From assembly GCF_006345805.1 (NCBI RefSeq), contig NC_043006.1:91202001-91266000 (forward strand): DNA of 64,000 nt. The letters are read 5' to 3'. The position numbers and the translations under genes are program-made. The notes under the pieces were generated by a model that was not told where the DNA came from, made no database searches, and saw only the letters and a program-made list of their open reading frames with translations. This stretch comes from Octopus sinensis (taxonomy: Eukaryota). Below, in pieces: positions 25,040 through 39,051 of this stretch (the first letter of the stretch is position 1; each line of letters opens with the position of its first letter).

Positions 25040-25915
25040 ATGTCTAATTTATTGGCACCACCTGGAAGAGACGCACATTTAACTCTTGGGCACCATAGCC
25101 CATTCCAGCAGAGTTATTGTTTTCAAAGATATATCAGGGTGTGAATGGTTTGTCTGGCATTTGTTGGAGGTAATCATCGAGGGGCCGTTTGAATGCCGTG
25201 AAATCACGTTCCCCCCTTATGTGGACTGGCGCGATGTCGAAGGGAGAAGGGCCAGTTGAGGTGAAATAGTTCTGTTGTAGCGTTGTGATACGACACGAAC
25301 ATGATTTCTGTAGTGGATGGTAGGGGGGGGGGCAAGCCTCGGATGCATTTTAAAGATGATACCTAGTTAAATGGAATATTTTCCACATCATACAGATGCT
25401 ATAGCGCTCACGGTGGCGTTGGGGAGAGTAAAGCCTGAACTTTTTAGGTCAATCCCAATAGTGAAGGCTTGTCGTGTCATTTATTTTTTTGTGTGATTGA
25501 TCTCTGGGGAGCTTTAATTTTCATACTATTCTGTATCATGTGGGGGGGGGGGTCCACAGCGGACAACAATATTCATGGTGAGGGCGAGCAATATAGAGAA
25601 AAGTAGAATAATGGTAGGGGCGTCTCTAGACCGGAAAATCCTGATGACCCCGGGGCACGCCCTGCAAGCCATGTCAACTTTGCTGTTTATGTGAGCACTC
25701 CGGCTTATTTTGTTGTAACACCCAGGCCTCTAGCAGTGCTGGATGCCACGTGGGTTTCGCCCGAGGGAAGAGTGTATGGTTGTTGGAATGCAATCTCTTT
25801 ACTGCAGTGCATTAAGGTTGAATTTTTTTCTCGTTTAGCTGCATTTTATGTTGCTCCGCCCAGATCAGACTGAAGATCTGTCTGGTCTTCAACCCTGTCA
25901 ACAACCTTCAGTAAC
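25040..25915 (-). mobile_element. CR1/L2-group LINE, RT C-terminal fragment (pseudogene)
   Basis: Minus translation with frameshifts: DLQSDL..WAEQHKMQLNEKKF, PYTLPSGE, LARPHHEYCCPLW, PQRSITKKI, LYSPQRHRERYSICMMWKI, NYFTSTGPSPF, FKRPLDDYLQQMPDKP. Confidence 0.82.
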
Positions 25916-26190
25916 TGCGGCCATGCTGGGGCACTACCTTGATGGGTCTTGTCGAATAAATCAAAGCCATTACTTATGGTTTTGGTATTATCGGTCTCTT
26001 GAGCCTAACCGCTACGTTATATGAACATAAACGAACCAAGACCGATTGTCAAGCGCTGGGGGAGGGCACAAACATGAAGAGACATACATGCACGCGCTCA
26101 CATATGTAGGTATGTATACGATGGGCGTCCGCACACTTTCTATCTGCCAAATTCACCCAAAAGACATTGGTTGGCCTGGAGAAGGTTTGT
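25915..26190 (-). mobile_element. SINE family B (minus), joined to the truncated 5' end of the LINE
   Basis: actgcggccatgctggggcac...ccgattgtcaagcg...ccaaattcacccaaaagacattggttggcc. Confidence 0.7.
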
Positions 26191-26866
26191 CCTCAGTGTA
26201 CCTGAAACTACAAGGTTACAAAGTGAGCTTTTGGATAATTTCCTGTTTGAATCCCAATTTCAAAATCTTAGCAATCGCGGAAATAATTTTGAAGTTTACT
26301 TCGCAGGTTAACAAAAAAAAAAAAGAAAGACAAGACAATCAGCTGAACGAAAGCATTTTTCGTTAAAACGATTTGTCTTTCAAATCTTGCAAAGCTGGTC
26401 CCGACTTCCATTCAGTCTCTTTAACTTAAACCAAACTTGACACGGGGCCAAGCAACAGCAACAACAACATCTCAACATGTTATGGAGACTTCCAGAAGAG
26501 TTTGATAAGTTCGGAGTTTGCCAAACTCCTCCTGGGAACTGAACTTATCAAACTCTGCTATGAACTAATTGTTGCCAACACCGAGCCTCAGCAGTTTGCT
26601 CGTATTTCAGATTTTAATCTATAATGTTATGGTTAGAAATATCATATCTGTATGTAACAGCGAAATTTATCGTGGCTCGGTATCTTGCAGACGACTGGCA
26701 TGACATGTCATACGACGTCAGTGTCAAGTGTATCTTGTTTGTGTATCTTTATATATTATTGTTGTTGCCTATCTTCTCATCTTGGAACGAAGTGTGAAGG
26801 AATTGAGAAGGAAGTCAACATGCTATACGAGGGAGAGAGAGATAGAGATAAAAAGGTGGATAGAGG

Positions 26867-26905
<39 letters not shown>

Positions 26906-27334
26906 CATTGAAATAGATAAATAAAACATTGACAGAGAAAGAGAATGCGAGAGTGAATAAACGTGTGTGTGTGTGTGTGTGCGAAGCAGACGTAATAATT
27001 ATAAGAGAAAGAGGTGGAGAGACAGAATGAGACAGAGAAGCAGAGGAAATAAGTTAGAGAGAGAGAGAGATAGAGAGAGAGATAGAGATAGATAGAGAGA
27101 GAGAGTGATAGGAAGAGAGAGAGAGAGAGAGAGAGTGATAGGAAGAGATAGAGAGAGAGAGAGTGTATGTGTGATAGGAAGAGAGATAGAGAGAAGCAGA
27201 AGTTATAAATCAGGGAGAGAGGGGGGAGGAGAAAGAGAGAGAGGGGGGAGAGAGAAAGCGAGCGAGAACGCTAAGAGGTATGAGGTGAAGAGAGAGGAGG
27301 AAAGAGGACGGAAAAGAAAGATGGTGAGTTGCAT

Positions 27335-27720
27335 AATCTGGCCGAATGGTTAGCGCGCCGGGCGAAATGCTTAGCGGTATTTCACCCGTCACTACGTCCC
27401 GAGTTCAAATTCCGCCGAGGTTGACTTTGCCTTTCATCCTTTCGGGGTCGATTAAATAAGTACCTGTTACACACTAGGGTCAATATAATCGACTTAATCC
27501 GTTTGTCTGTCCTTGTTTGTCCTCTCTGTGTTTAGCCCCTTGTGGGTAGTAAAGAAATAGGTATTTCGTCCATCATTACGTTCTGAGTTCAAATTCCGCC
27601 GAGGTCGACTTTGCCTTTCATCCTTTCAGGGTCGATAAATTAAGTACCAGTTGCGTACTGGGGTCGATGTAATTAACCAGTCCCCTCCTCACAAATTTCA
27701 GGCCTTCTACCTATAGAAGA
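27335..27720 (+). mobile_element. Dimeric SINE family A
   Basis: Same A/B boxes, core and internal junction (gtaaagaaataggtatttcgtc) as 18199-18597. Confidence 0.87.
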
Positions 27721-28047
27721 AAAAATTATTGTAATTATTATTAGTAGTAGTATAAAGGTTATATAAGAGAACTGTTGACCACACCAAACATGTAATGCAC
27801 TTTTAAAGTATAGTTTTCGAATTCAAGTGATTATGAATATATTTTTATGGCTGGGAAGAAAGCAAATTGACTGCTACGCTTAAATATATCACGGATTAAT
27901 TCTTTGAAGTCTCTTTGTTTACTCTCCTTCTCTCCTCGCTCTCCATCAATGTCCTTTCTTTCTCATATACATAGATACAATCTCGCGCGCTCTCTCTGTC
28001 TGTCAATCTCTATTTATTTCAACCTACATCCGTTCGTCTATCCATCC

Positions 28048-28132
<85 letters not shown>

Positions 28133-28674
28133 CCTGTCTGTCTGTCTCTCTCTCTCTCTCTGTCTCTCCCTCTCCTTCTCTCTCTCCTTCTTCAATTCAA
28201 AAACCTATGTCTTCAGAATTATTTAAGCTGAGACCAAAGTGAAGAAACAAATTTCTTAATTCGAAAACATGAAGGCGGTGGTGCCAGACCAAAACCAAAA
28301 TAAAATTAAACCAACCAACCAACCAGCAAACCGACCGAGCAACAACAACAACAACAACAACAACAGCAGCAGCAGCAATGAACTCTTTTGTTATTGGAAA
28401 GTCCGCTTCATAAACAGAATATCCCTGTCCTTTTAAAAGCAGTTTGAATAAAAGAAGATTATGCGAGATTTCCATAACAATAAGTGCTAGAAATTGGTTA
28501 TTGGAACTGGCACAAAGCAACAAGTGTGAATTAACAATGAGAAAGATCTGTCTGCGAGAGAATACTCCAAGAACATTCTTCGATTCTACTCAAGTCTAGA
28601 AATCGGGCAACTGCTAAAAGTTTCCGCAAACTTCCGTATGTACACACACACGCACGCGCGCGGACACACACACA

Positions 28675-28717
<43 letters not shown>

Positions 28718-29302
28718 ACACACACACACACCATCACACACACATTCACGCACTCACACTACACTCATACACACACAAACACATGTAGTAAATTCAGTCA
28801 GCTTATTTGTCTGACAGTCTCTGTCCCTCTCTCCTCTCTCACTCATATGTGTGTGTGTGTGTGTGTGTTTGTATGTGTTTGTGTGTGTGTGTGCGTGTGT
28901 CCGCGCGTGTGTGTAATCTATGTATATATATATAAATACACACGCGTATACACACACGCACACATATATCTTCAGTTGGAATAATGATTCTCGAAGCACA
29001 TCGCATACAGCTATAAAGAATAGCAAGTGAATAATGGCTTGAGAAACCTTTTTGAATGGCAAAAGTCGAAAGCTGGCCATGGGACTTTTTCTTCCAAAAA
29101 GAAACTCATAACTTTCATGCTATTCTTTATAGCTGTATGCGATGTGGTTCGAGAAACATTATTCCAAAAACGAATTATTTCACGTTCTCTCGAAAGTTTT
29201 CAAAATTCTTAATACATCAACTCATACATATACATACATACATACATACATACATACACACATACATACATACATACATACATACATACATACATACATC
29301 AT

Positions 29303-29362
<60 letters not shown>

Positions 29363-29374
29363 TAATACACTAAC

Positions 29375-29835
29375 ACACATGAAGGACATCTCAAGTTACA
29401 ATACGGTCGAGAAATGGATCGATCTGGTTATGGAGAAGAAGCGACGAGCAAATTTCATGTCTGCGCATTTTCTGATTTTCATTCAAATCGAGTGGTACCC
29501 ATTTGTCGAGCATTTTTTGATTTTCCGATCGTATGCAAATAGTCACATGCAGTGTTTTGGCTAACTTGAAGTTCTTTTATCAGTTCTTGAGTGGTTTTAC
29601 GTGGATCTTTCACAATGACGGTCTTTAATTGACCATCATGGGCGTCCACTATGCTCACGATCTTCAAGGCTCAGGTCTCCACTGCGAAATCGTTTTAACC
29701 ATTTTCGAGCTGACCACTCACTGGTCATTTCCTCACCAAACGTTTCGTTGATATCGCGAGCAGTTTCAGCTGCTTTACGTCCCTTTTTTGAAGTTGAATA
29801 GCAAAATTGCTCGAATATCGCGCTTTGACATTTCC
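29375..29835 (-). mobile_element. Mariner transposase 5' half (pseudogene)
   Basis: MEMSKRDIRAILLFNFKKG, AAETARDINETFGEE, FRSGDLSLED, KWVPLDLNENQKMRRHEICSSLLLHNQIDPFLDRIVT*DE: typical mariner HTH, WVP motif and first catalytic D region. Confidence 0.88.
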
Positions 29836-30451
29836 ATCTCAGATGATTGTAATAACAATTTCTTTATTGCCCACGGGGGGAGCAAACATAGAGGGACAAC
29901 TACAAACATATAGGTAGGGACGAAAAAAGACAAACGAATGAGAAAAATGAAAAAATGAAATGGAACGAGGCCACCCGACCCCACATCACAGAAGATTGTA
30001 ACAACGGTGCAAAAAACATCAATGTTAATTTATTGATGCATTTGGGCAAATCTATGTCTGTATTATCAGACAATTGCAAAAAAATGTTAAAACAAAAATT
30101 CGAAACACTGTAAAAATCTGGTACAAATTCTTCCTGGTTCAAAACATTGTTTACTTTTTACTCAGCCTGAGAGTTTGGTAAAGAGGAGAGAATTGGTAGC
30201 ATTATTTCCCCTTAAGGTATTTTTTCCAGCTCTTTATCTCCTGAGTTCAAATACAGCCGAGGTCAACTTTACCTATTATTCTTCTAAGGGCGGTAGTATC
30301 GACTACTCCATCCTATTCTCAAATTTTGAAGCCTTGTGCCTGTATTAAGTAACAATTATATAACTTGATATTCACAAACAAGATTCCATGTGAACCGTAA
30401 AGGTCAAAAACTTGGAAGCTTCAGATATCATCTATATCTATGTTTGGGGAA

Positions 30452-30500
<49 letters not shown>

Positions 30501-32517
30501 GTTATTATTATTATTGTTATTATTATTATGTTATTATTATAATTGTTATAATAACCCTACCTGACTTTTGATTTAACGCTAAATTTTGTATCGTAGAACA
30601 CACTTGATCTGAGTTTAACATTTAAAGAGATAATATTTGACGTTTACGACTTTTCGACATTTACAAATACTCGTCGGGGCCTGTCCATGGGTTCCAATTC
30701 AGATTTATGATGTAAGAAAAGTTTTATTGCCTAACATCGACCTGCTGATGAAGGCTCTTTGTGGGTGTATACTTTTCATGCCCACGAAATTTTGTCGGAA
30801 ATATTGTATTCTTTTATTATATTTCTGATTCCAGTCACTGGACTTGGCAGTTCTGCATGGCTCCTGCTTTCAAGTGCATTTTCTATATTTTCGTAGGCGA
30901 TTGACTCGACTTCACAACTATTTCAGTTACGGAATATAAAGGGAGATAATATGCATAATCGAAACGCATTCGCCGCTCCGTCCAATGAAAGAGAATAACA
31001 CTCGTTTTTGCTTACTGGATCCAACAATATGATGGGTCCTATTAGATGAATGAATTCTTCATGTTGAGATAGAATAATTAATCGTATAGTATACTAGCCA
31101 TCTCAATATGGCTAACCACTAAGGGTGGGTGTTACTGTAGCTTTTAGCCCCAGGAGATCATCGTCTCCTGCTGGCTTTAGGCACACTTTCTGTGCCCTTA
31201 TGGTATTTGCAAAGGGAGGTCATCCCTCTCTCGTAAACCTAAGTGATGCGCACGGACTGCAGTTTCTAGGTATTTGCCTGTCTTCGGCGTACGGCAATTA
31301 ATCGTATGTTTGATAGAAATTATATATGGTTCCAGTATTTGTTTGCAGGAGTCATTCTCTGCTCATCTGGAACAAGGTGGAACTTGGTCAGTGATTCTAA
31401 CAACTCCGGCAATTTCCATTGTGATGAGAGTCAACCGCTTCATCACAGTAAAAGAAAAAATCTTTAAATAAAGATCAGACTTTTCCTCCTGAATCTTTCG
31501 CTCTGGAATTCTGTGACTTTTGATCAGTTTCCGTTCCTTTCATAAGTGGAGAACCAACACTTTCACCTTTGCTTTTGTGCATCCACAATGAAACGAAAGC
31601 TTCTCAATGTGAGAAACTTCCTCCATGTTAACCATTTGGATTGCTTGCATTTTTCTAATCATTAAACCCTTGCCCTGAACCATAACCCTTGCTTGAAAAA
31701 CTGAATGGGCTTCCGTTGCTTTCCGAATAGCCTAACAAATTTCTTGTGTGTTGTTGGCGTCTAGGTTTATAAACGTACGAGACTAAGCGTTTGCCTGTTG
31801 TGAGGTTTCATTTCATTGTCAGACAATCAAATGGTTGACAACAACTCACTATTAACGTGTCGGCATTCATTTCCACCCTCGGTTAGCCAGTACACACAAC
31901 CAAAATTAGTTCAATTGTTTCTCTGTTCACAAATATCGTTAAAGTGCTTGTTTCTTCTGCAAGTCTTCTACTTACTATGCTAATAATAGTTGGTTCCTAT
32001 TCTTCTTGATAAAACCTTATCTGACTGCAATGATCGTCAGTCTGTGAACTGACGGGTTTTTCGCTGCATTCGTTTATTTTCTTCAAACGTTTTTCATTTT
32101 GCATTTCCAGATGCAAAATGTTTCCAAATTTTGGCACAAGGACAGTTATTTTAGCGAGAGGTGGGTTAGTCGATTGGCTCGACCCCAATTCTTAACAGAT
32201 GATACTTATTTGATCGACCTCGAAAAGATGAAATGCAACGTTGATCTCGGTAGGATTTGAACTCAGAGCGTAAGGAACCGGAAGAGATGTCGCTAAGTAT
32301 TTTGATCTGCACGCTAACGAATCCGCCACCTTTTAGGCACTGTTGTGACCAGGTCTGCTCTGACCCACAATAGTAGCACTTGTTAGGGTCCCAGCCATGG
32401 GATAACTAGGATGTGAACCACTGAGAATGGACAATCTCTAGTTCTCGTTAGAACTTCCTTTTAGACATATTATGACGACCAGAATCTTCGACTCTACAGT
32501 ACATTGCAATCTGCAAT

Positions 32518-32597
<80 letters not shown>

Positions 32598-33520
32598 GTG
32601 TGTGTGTGTATAAGTCATTTGAAATTTACATGGTGCTCCAGCATGACCACGGCCGCATGGCTGAAACGAGTTAAAGAGTAAAAGAGTAAATTCGAAAATG
32701 ATTGGTTTTAACATGTGAACTACGGCGACAAACCAAGACGGTGACAAATACGGTAATGGCTGCATAGAACAGTACCATGTCATTGGACAGCAGTTTCAGA
32801 ATGCCGCGTACCCCAAAGAAAATGTCGTCCGGTTTGATGTTTGAACGAAAATTCGGTTGGGGGAAAATGGCAGCAAAAAGAAAAAAAAAAAAAAAAACGA
32901 AAATGTCGTTAGTATGCATTCAGGAAAAACGTGGGTCAAGTTAATTAATTACACAGCTGGATTCTCAGTCTATCTTAGAATTGGAACTGAAAGTGGCAGG
33001 AAAAAATATCTTCGTTTTGCATTCAGATAAAAAAAAAATGAAAAAGAAAAAGGAAGGAGAAAGAAAACACAAGTAAAAAGTTAATTAATCGCACAGCAGG
33101 TCGTCTGGTCCTGTTTTTACTTGTATATAGAACAGAAATTGTGTTTGCAATATGAAAAAGGTTTTTTTTTTTTTTGTACATATACGAATGGCAGAATATG
33201 AGAACATATGAATAGATTTAACTCATCTAAAAATAGGCAAAAAGAACCAGAACAGGTTTATATATATAAACCGACCTCCCCCATTTTTAATATATATATA
33301 TATATATAATTAAATAAAAAGGGGGTTGTAAGATTGTGTATAGAGGGATATATATTATTCAAAGGAATTCCAACTCTGTCTGTTTTTTTGTTTTATTAAT
33401 ATTCTTTATAATATTAATGTAGAGTATAGAATATATAGTATAAATAATATATATATAGTAAAATGAAATGAAGTATTGATTGTCTTATTGAATAGATGAA
33501 TGTTGAATATAAGATATTAA

Positions 33521-33564
33521 GGGACTAGTATACTTTCTTGTATTATAGCAGTCTTCAAGGTCCC
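33521..33564 (-). ncRNA. Variant hammerhead ribozyme motif (CUUGAAGA core), degenerate stem II
   Basis: Minus: gggac-CTTGAAGA-ctgctataatacaa-GAAA-gtatac-TA-gtccc; inverted twin of 41463-41506. Confidence 0.45.
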
Positions 33565-33594
33565 AGGTTGTGACAGGAGTGTTTCAGCTGCCAT

Positions 33595-33990
33595 AGGAGT
33601 GGCTGTGTGGTAAGAAGTTTGCTTCCCAACCAAATAGTTCCAGGTTCAGTCCCACTACGTGGCACCTTGGGCAAGTGTCTTCCACTATGTCCTCGGGCCG
33701 ACCAAAGCCTTGTGAGTGGATTTGGAAGTCGGAAACTGAAAAAGCATGTCATAAGTATTGTGTGTGTGTGTGTGTGTGTATGTGTGTGTGTGCGTGTGAG
33801 TGTTTTTCATCCATCACCACTTGATAACTGGTGTTGGTGTGTTTACGTCCCTGTAACTTAGCGGTTCTGCAAAAGAGACCGATAGAATAAGTACCACACT
33901 TAAAAAGTAAGTACTAGGGTCGGTTCATTCGACTAAAAATTCAAGGTGGTGCCCCAGCATGACCGTAGTCTAATGACTGAAACAGGTAAA
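33595..33990 (+). mobile_element. Full-length SINE family B
   Basis: ggagtggctgtgtggtaag (A box), ggttcagtccc (B box), ggcaccttgggcaagtgtc, gccgaccaaagccttgtgagtggatttgg, internal (GT)n, tail cccagcatgaccgtagtctaatgactgaaac. Confidence 0.88.
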
Positions 33991-35221
33991 AGATTAAAGA
34001 TATATATATATATATATATATATATGCATATATATACATGCATATTTATTTACGTATGTATGTGTGTGTTTTTATAAATGTATACATACACACACACATA
34101 CATGTGCATATTTGCACACACACACACAAACACATTCTATCGATTAATATGGATCTCATGTATATTTTATAATCAAATGGCATATCTGAAGGATCGATAT
34201 GTATGGGTTTTATCTATGTATACGGATTATATATTCTTTTATTCTTTTACTTGTTTCAGTCTTTTGACTGCGGCCATGCTGGGGCACCGCCTTTAGTCGA
34301 ACATATCGACCCCATTCTTTGTAAGAGTAGTACTTATTCTATCGGGTTCTTTATCCGAAACGCTAAGTTACAGAGATGTAAACACACCGACATCTCTGGT
34401 CGGTAGTATCGACTACTCCATCCCTTTCTCAAGTTTTGAAGCCTTGTGCCTGTATTAAGTAACAATTATATAACTTGATATTATTCACAAACAAGATTCC
34501 ATGTGAAAGACAAGACACAAAAACACAAGAGAACATATTTATTTAAACCTTATGCATGCATATTCTTGGACTCAATACTGTGTTTCTGGTAAAACGTTTA
34601 TAAAAGTTTTACACTCACACCGAGCCTTCGTCAGCAGGAAAGAAGACCCACCCCTTCCTCCCCAACAAAATGCTCACCGGCATTTCTTCCGGTTCTTTAC
34701 GTTCTCCGTCCACATGCCGCCAAGGTTGACTTTTTTCTCATCCTTTCTGGGTCGATGGCATAAGTACCAGTAAACACTGGGGTCGATGTAATCGACTTCG
34801 CCCCTTCCTCTCTATCTCTTGACGAAGGATTGCCGTAGTTGATGGAGCAAGGTTTTAGCTGAATCAATCCCCAGGTGAACGTTGATCGGATGCTAATTAG
34901 GAAACTGGCCATTCCCTACCCCTACCCGCTTTTTATATTGAATCGTCATACAATGACAGGAAGTTAAATTTGATCTAACGAACAGGCGTGGCTTCGCGGT
35001 TAAGAAGATCGCGTTGCAGCCACGTGCTTTCAGGTTTGGTACCTGTGGCAACTGTCTTCTATTACAGTCCTCTGAGCCGACCTATACCTTATCAAAGAAT
35101 TTGGCAGACGGAAGTTGTGTGGAAGCTCATCCTGCGTGTATATGTACATGTAGAGGTTGGTACGTACATATATGTTTATATATATGCATATGTTTTATTT
35201 TATTTATTAATATATATATAT

Positions 35222-35279
<58 letters not shown>

Positions 35280-35340
35280 GCTATCGTATATATATAATAT
35301 ATATATATCATGCATATATATATATATATATAATATTATA

Positions 35341-35406
<66 letters not shown>

Positions 35407-35437
35407 ATATATATTATATATATATATAATATATATA

Positions 35438-35539
<102 letters not shown>

Positions 35540-35597
35540 TCATATATATATATATGCATATATATATATATATATATATATATGCATATTATATATA

Positions 35598-35643
<46 letters not shown>

Positions 35644-35659
35644 ATGCATATATAATATA

Positions 35660-35697
<38 letters not shown>

Positions 35698-35760
35698 GCA
35701 TATATATATATATATATATGCATATATAATATATGCATATATATATATAATATATATATG

Positions 35761-35793
<33 letters not shown>

Positions 35794-35941
35794 CTATATA
35801 TGCATATATATATATATGCATATAATATATATATATATATATATATGCATATATATATATATATATATATTATATATGCTATATATATAATATTATTATA
35901 TATATATATATGAATATATATATATATATATTATATATATA

Positions 35942-35975
<34 letters not shown>

Positions 35976-36003
35976 TATATATATATATATATATATAGAT
36001 ATA

Positions 36004-36067
<64 letters not shown>

Positions 36068-36160
36068 TATATATAATATATATATATATATATATAATAT
36101 ATATATATATTATATATAATATGCATATATATATATATATAATATCAATAAAATATATAT

Positions 36161-36912
36161 AAATATAAGAGAGTGGTCAATATATTGCTCACTCTAGCAC
36201 CAGTTATCCAAAGGTTTCAACCACGAAAATACAGTTTTCCCATGAAAGCCAGTACGACTTTTAGATCACACGGACAGGGCAAGTAAAAAATAACAAAAAT
36301 ACAGATTATTTTGGGACAATTGTTTCGCTATTAATGAATTAAATGTAATATTACTTACAAAAAAATCCATTTGTAGCTCGTCAGCCAAGACTATCTGGAT
36401 GAATCCACTCAATCACACGCCAGATTTTACCATAACGATAAATACGCGTGTGTGGTTCAATTGATTACATCCGACGTATAATTCAAATGCCCCAACCAAC
36501 AGCGCGCCAAACTTTCACGGAAAACAAATACAGCATTTAGAAATAAATGCAGCATAATTATAATTAATTAATAAGGGTGAGAGAATTAGATACTAATTTA
36601 ATAGTATATTTATTCAAACCAAGTGGCCTAGTGCTACGAGAAACCTGGATTATTTAATATTTTATAACATATTATAATATTTTTACAAAATAAATATAAG
36701 AGAGTGGTCAATATATTGCTCACTCTAGAACAGTTAATCCAAAAGTTTCAACCACGAAAATACATGTTTCCCATGAAAGCCAGTACGACTGTTAGCTCAC
36801 ACGCGACAGGGCAAGTAAAAAATAACAAAAATACAGATTATTTTAGGCCACTTGGTGTTGAATAAATATACTATTAAATTAGTATCTAATTCTCTCACCC
36901 TTATTAATTAAT
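36161..36912 (-). mobile_element. Non-coding retrozyme-like / non-autonomous Penelope-like element with hammerhead, partial tandem repeat and inverted terminal segment
   Basis: Direct repeats 36161-36312 and 36692-36844 (offset ~531), inverted pair 36563-36630 / 36844-36912, hammerhead at 36311-36388, (TA)n on both sides, no ORF of 60 aa or more. Confidence 0.75.
36311..36388 (-). ncRNA. Type I hammerhead ribozyme, intact core
   Basis: Minus RNA: UUGG-CUGACGA-GCUA-(42 nt)-UAGC-GAAA-C-AAUU-G-UC-CCAA. Stem I UUGG/CCAA, stem II GCUA/UAGC, stem III AC/GU with palindromic ACAAUUGU, GUC cleavage triplet (cut between 36315 and 36314). Confidence 0.88.
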
Positions 36913-37051
36913 ATATATATATATGATATATGTATATATATATATATGCATATATATATATGCATATAATATATATATACATACATATATATATGCATAT
37001 ATATATATATATATATATGCATATATATGCATATATATTATATATATATAT

Positions 37052-37091
<40 letters not shown>

Positions 37092-37282
37092 TATATATAT
37101 ACCTAATATATATATATATGCATATATATAATACTATATATATATGCATATACTATATATATATGCATATATTATATATATATATATATGCATATATATA
37201 TATATATATATATATATGCATATATATATATATATATATATATGCATATATATATATGCATATATATATTATATATATATGC

Positions 37283-37680
37283 ATGTCCGCCGCTATAAAG
37301 GCTTTTTCCAATGCGCCAGAGAAAAAATTTGTTTGCTTGTTATCAGTCGTAAGACACTTGTTGTTTTCACCGTTAATGCTTCTGTATTTCATGTTTCTGT
37401 ATTCCATTATTGTTTTTGTTTTTTAATATCTGTCCCTTTTGCTGTCCTGGTGTTCGTATGCATTCAATCCTTCTTCCAGGAAATCTACGCTTCCAGCTAG
37501 TTTTTCTTGGAGGGCTGGCCGTGATCTAGTAATCTCAAGATTAATCAGCCGAAATTACTACGATGATCCGGTTCTTGACTGAAGACTGAGGGGTTCGAAT
37601 GTCTGTCCATGTTTATTGTATCGTCTTCTATGAGTTATACGTTCTTGTCCATGTTGTATTTTTCTACATACCTTAACATA
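37283..37680 (+). mobile_element. PLE-type terminal repeat, diverged relative of the 4920/13561/49885 family
   Basis: ttcttccaggaaatctacgcttccagctagtttttcttggagggctggcc...gactgaaga...gaatgtc...cgttcttgtccatgttgtattt parallels 49890-50085; flanked by (TA)n. Confidence 0.5.
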
Positions 37681-38463
37681 TTATATATATATATATATAT
37701 GCATATAATAGATATATATATATATGCATATATATATATATATTATATATATGCTATATATATATGCATATATATATATATGCATATATATATATGCATA
37801 TATATATATTTATATATATAGATGCATATATATATTATATATATATATATGCATATTATATATATATATGCATATATATATATATATTATATAATATGCA
37901 TATATATATATATATATATATCATGCATATATATATATATTATATATATATATATGCATATATTATATATATAATATATATGCATATATATATCTATATA
38001 TATATATATATATGCATATATATATATGCATATATATATATATGCATATGATATATATATGCATATATATATATATATGCATATGTATATATATATGCAT
38101 AATATATATATATGCATATGTATATATATATGCATATATATATATATATGCAATGTATATATATATGCATATATATATATATGCATATGTATATATATAT
38201 GCATATATATATATATATGCATATGTATATATATGCATATATATTATATGCATTGTATATATATATGCATATATATATATATGCATATGTATATATATAT
38301 GCATATATATATTATATGCATATGTATATATATAGCATATTATATATATATTGCATATATATATATATATATATATGCATATATATATATATATGCATAT
38401 ATATATATATATATGCATATATATATATATATATATATATGCATATATATATATATATATATA

Positions 38464-38499
<36 letters not shown>

Positions 38500-38565
38500 A
38501 TATATATATATATATATATATATATGCATATATATTAATATATATATATATAATATATATATATA

Positions 38566-38603
<38 letters not shown>

Positions 38604-39013
38604 TATATATATATATATATATATATATGCATATATATAATATATATATATATATGCATATATATATATATATATATATAGATGCATATATATATATATG
38701 CATATATATATGCATATATAATGCATATATGCATATATATATATATGCATATATATATATATTATATTATATATATGCATATATATATGCATATATATAT
38801 ATATGCATATATATATATATATATTTATATATATGCATTATATATATATATATATATATTATATATATGCATATATATATATTTATATATGCATATATAT
38901 ATATATATTTATATATGCATATATATATATATGCATATATATATATATATATATATATATGCATATATATATATATATATATATATATGCATATATATAT
39001 ATATATATATATA

Positions 39014-39051
<38 letters not shown>

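Noticed and set aside
30738-30800. CTGATGA...GTGGG/CCCAC-GAAA hammerhead-like string
   Set aside because: Nine extra nucleotides lie between core and stem II, and there is no stem I pairing around the putative GUC.
31450-32130. Possible ancient Tc1 remnant on the minus strand
   Set aside because: Only faint motif echoes (FSSKG, SRRL); no catalytic motif or TIR could be read.
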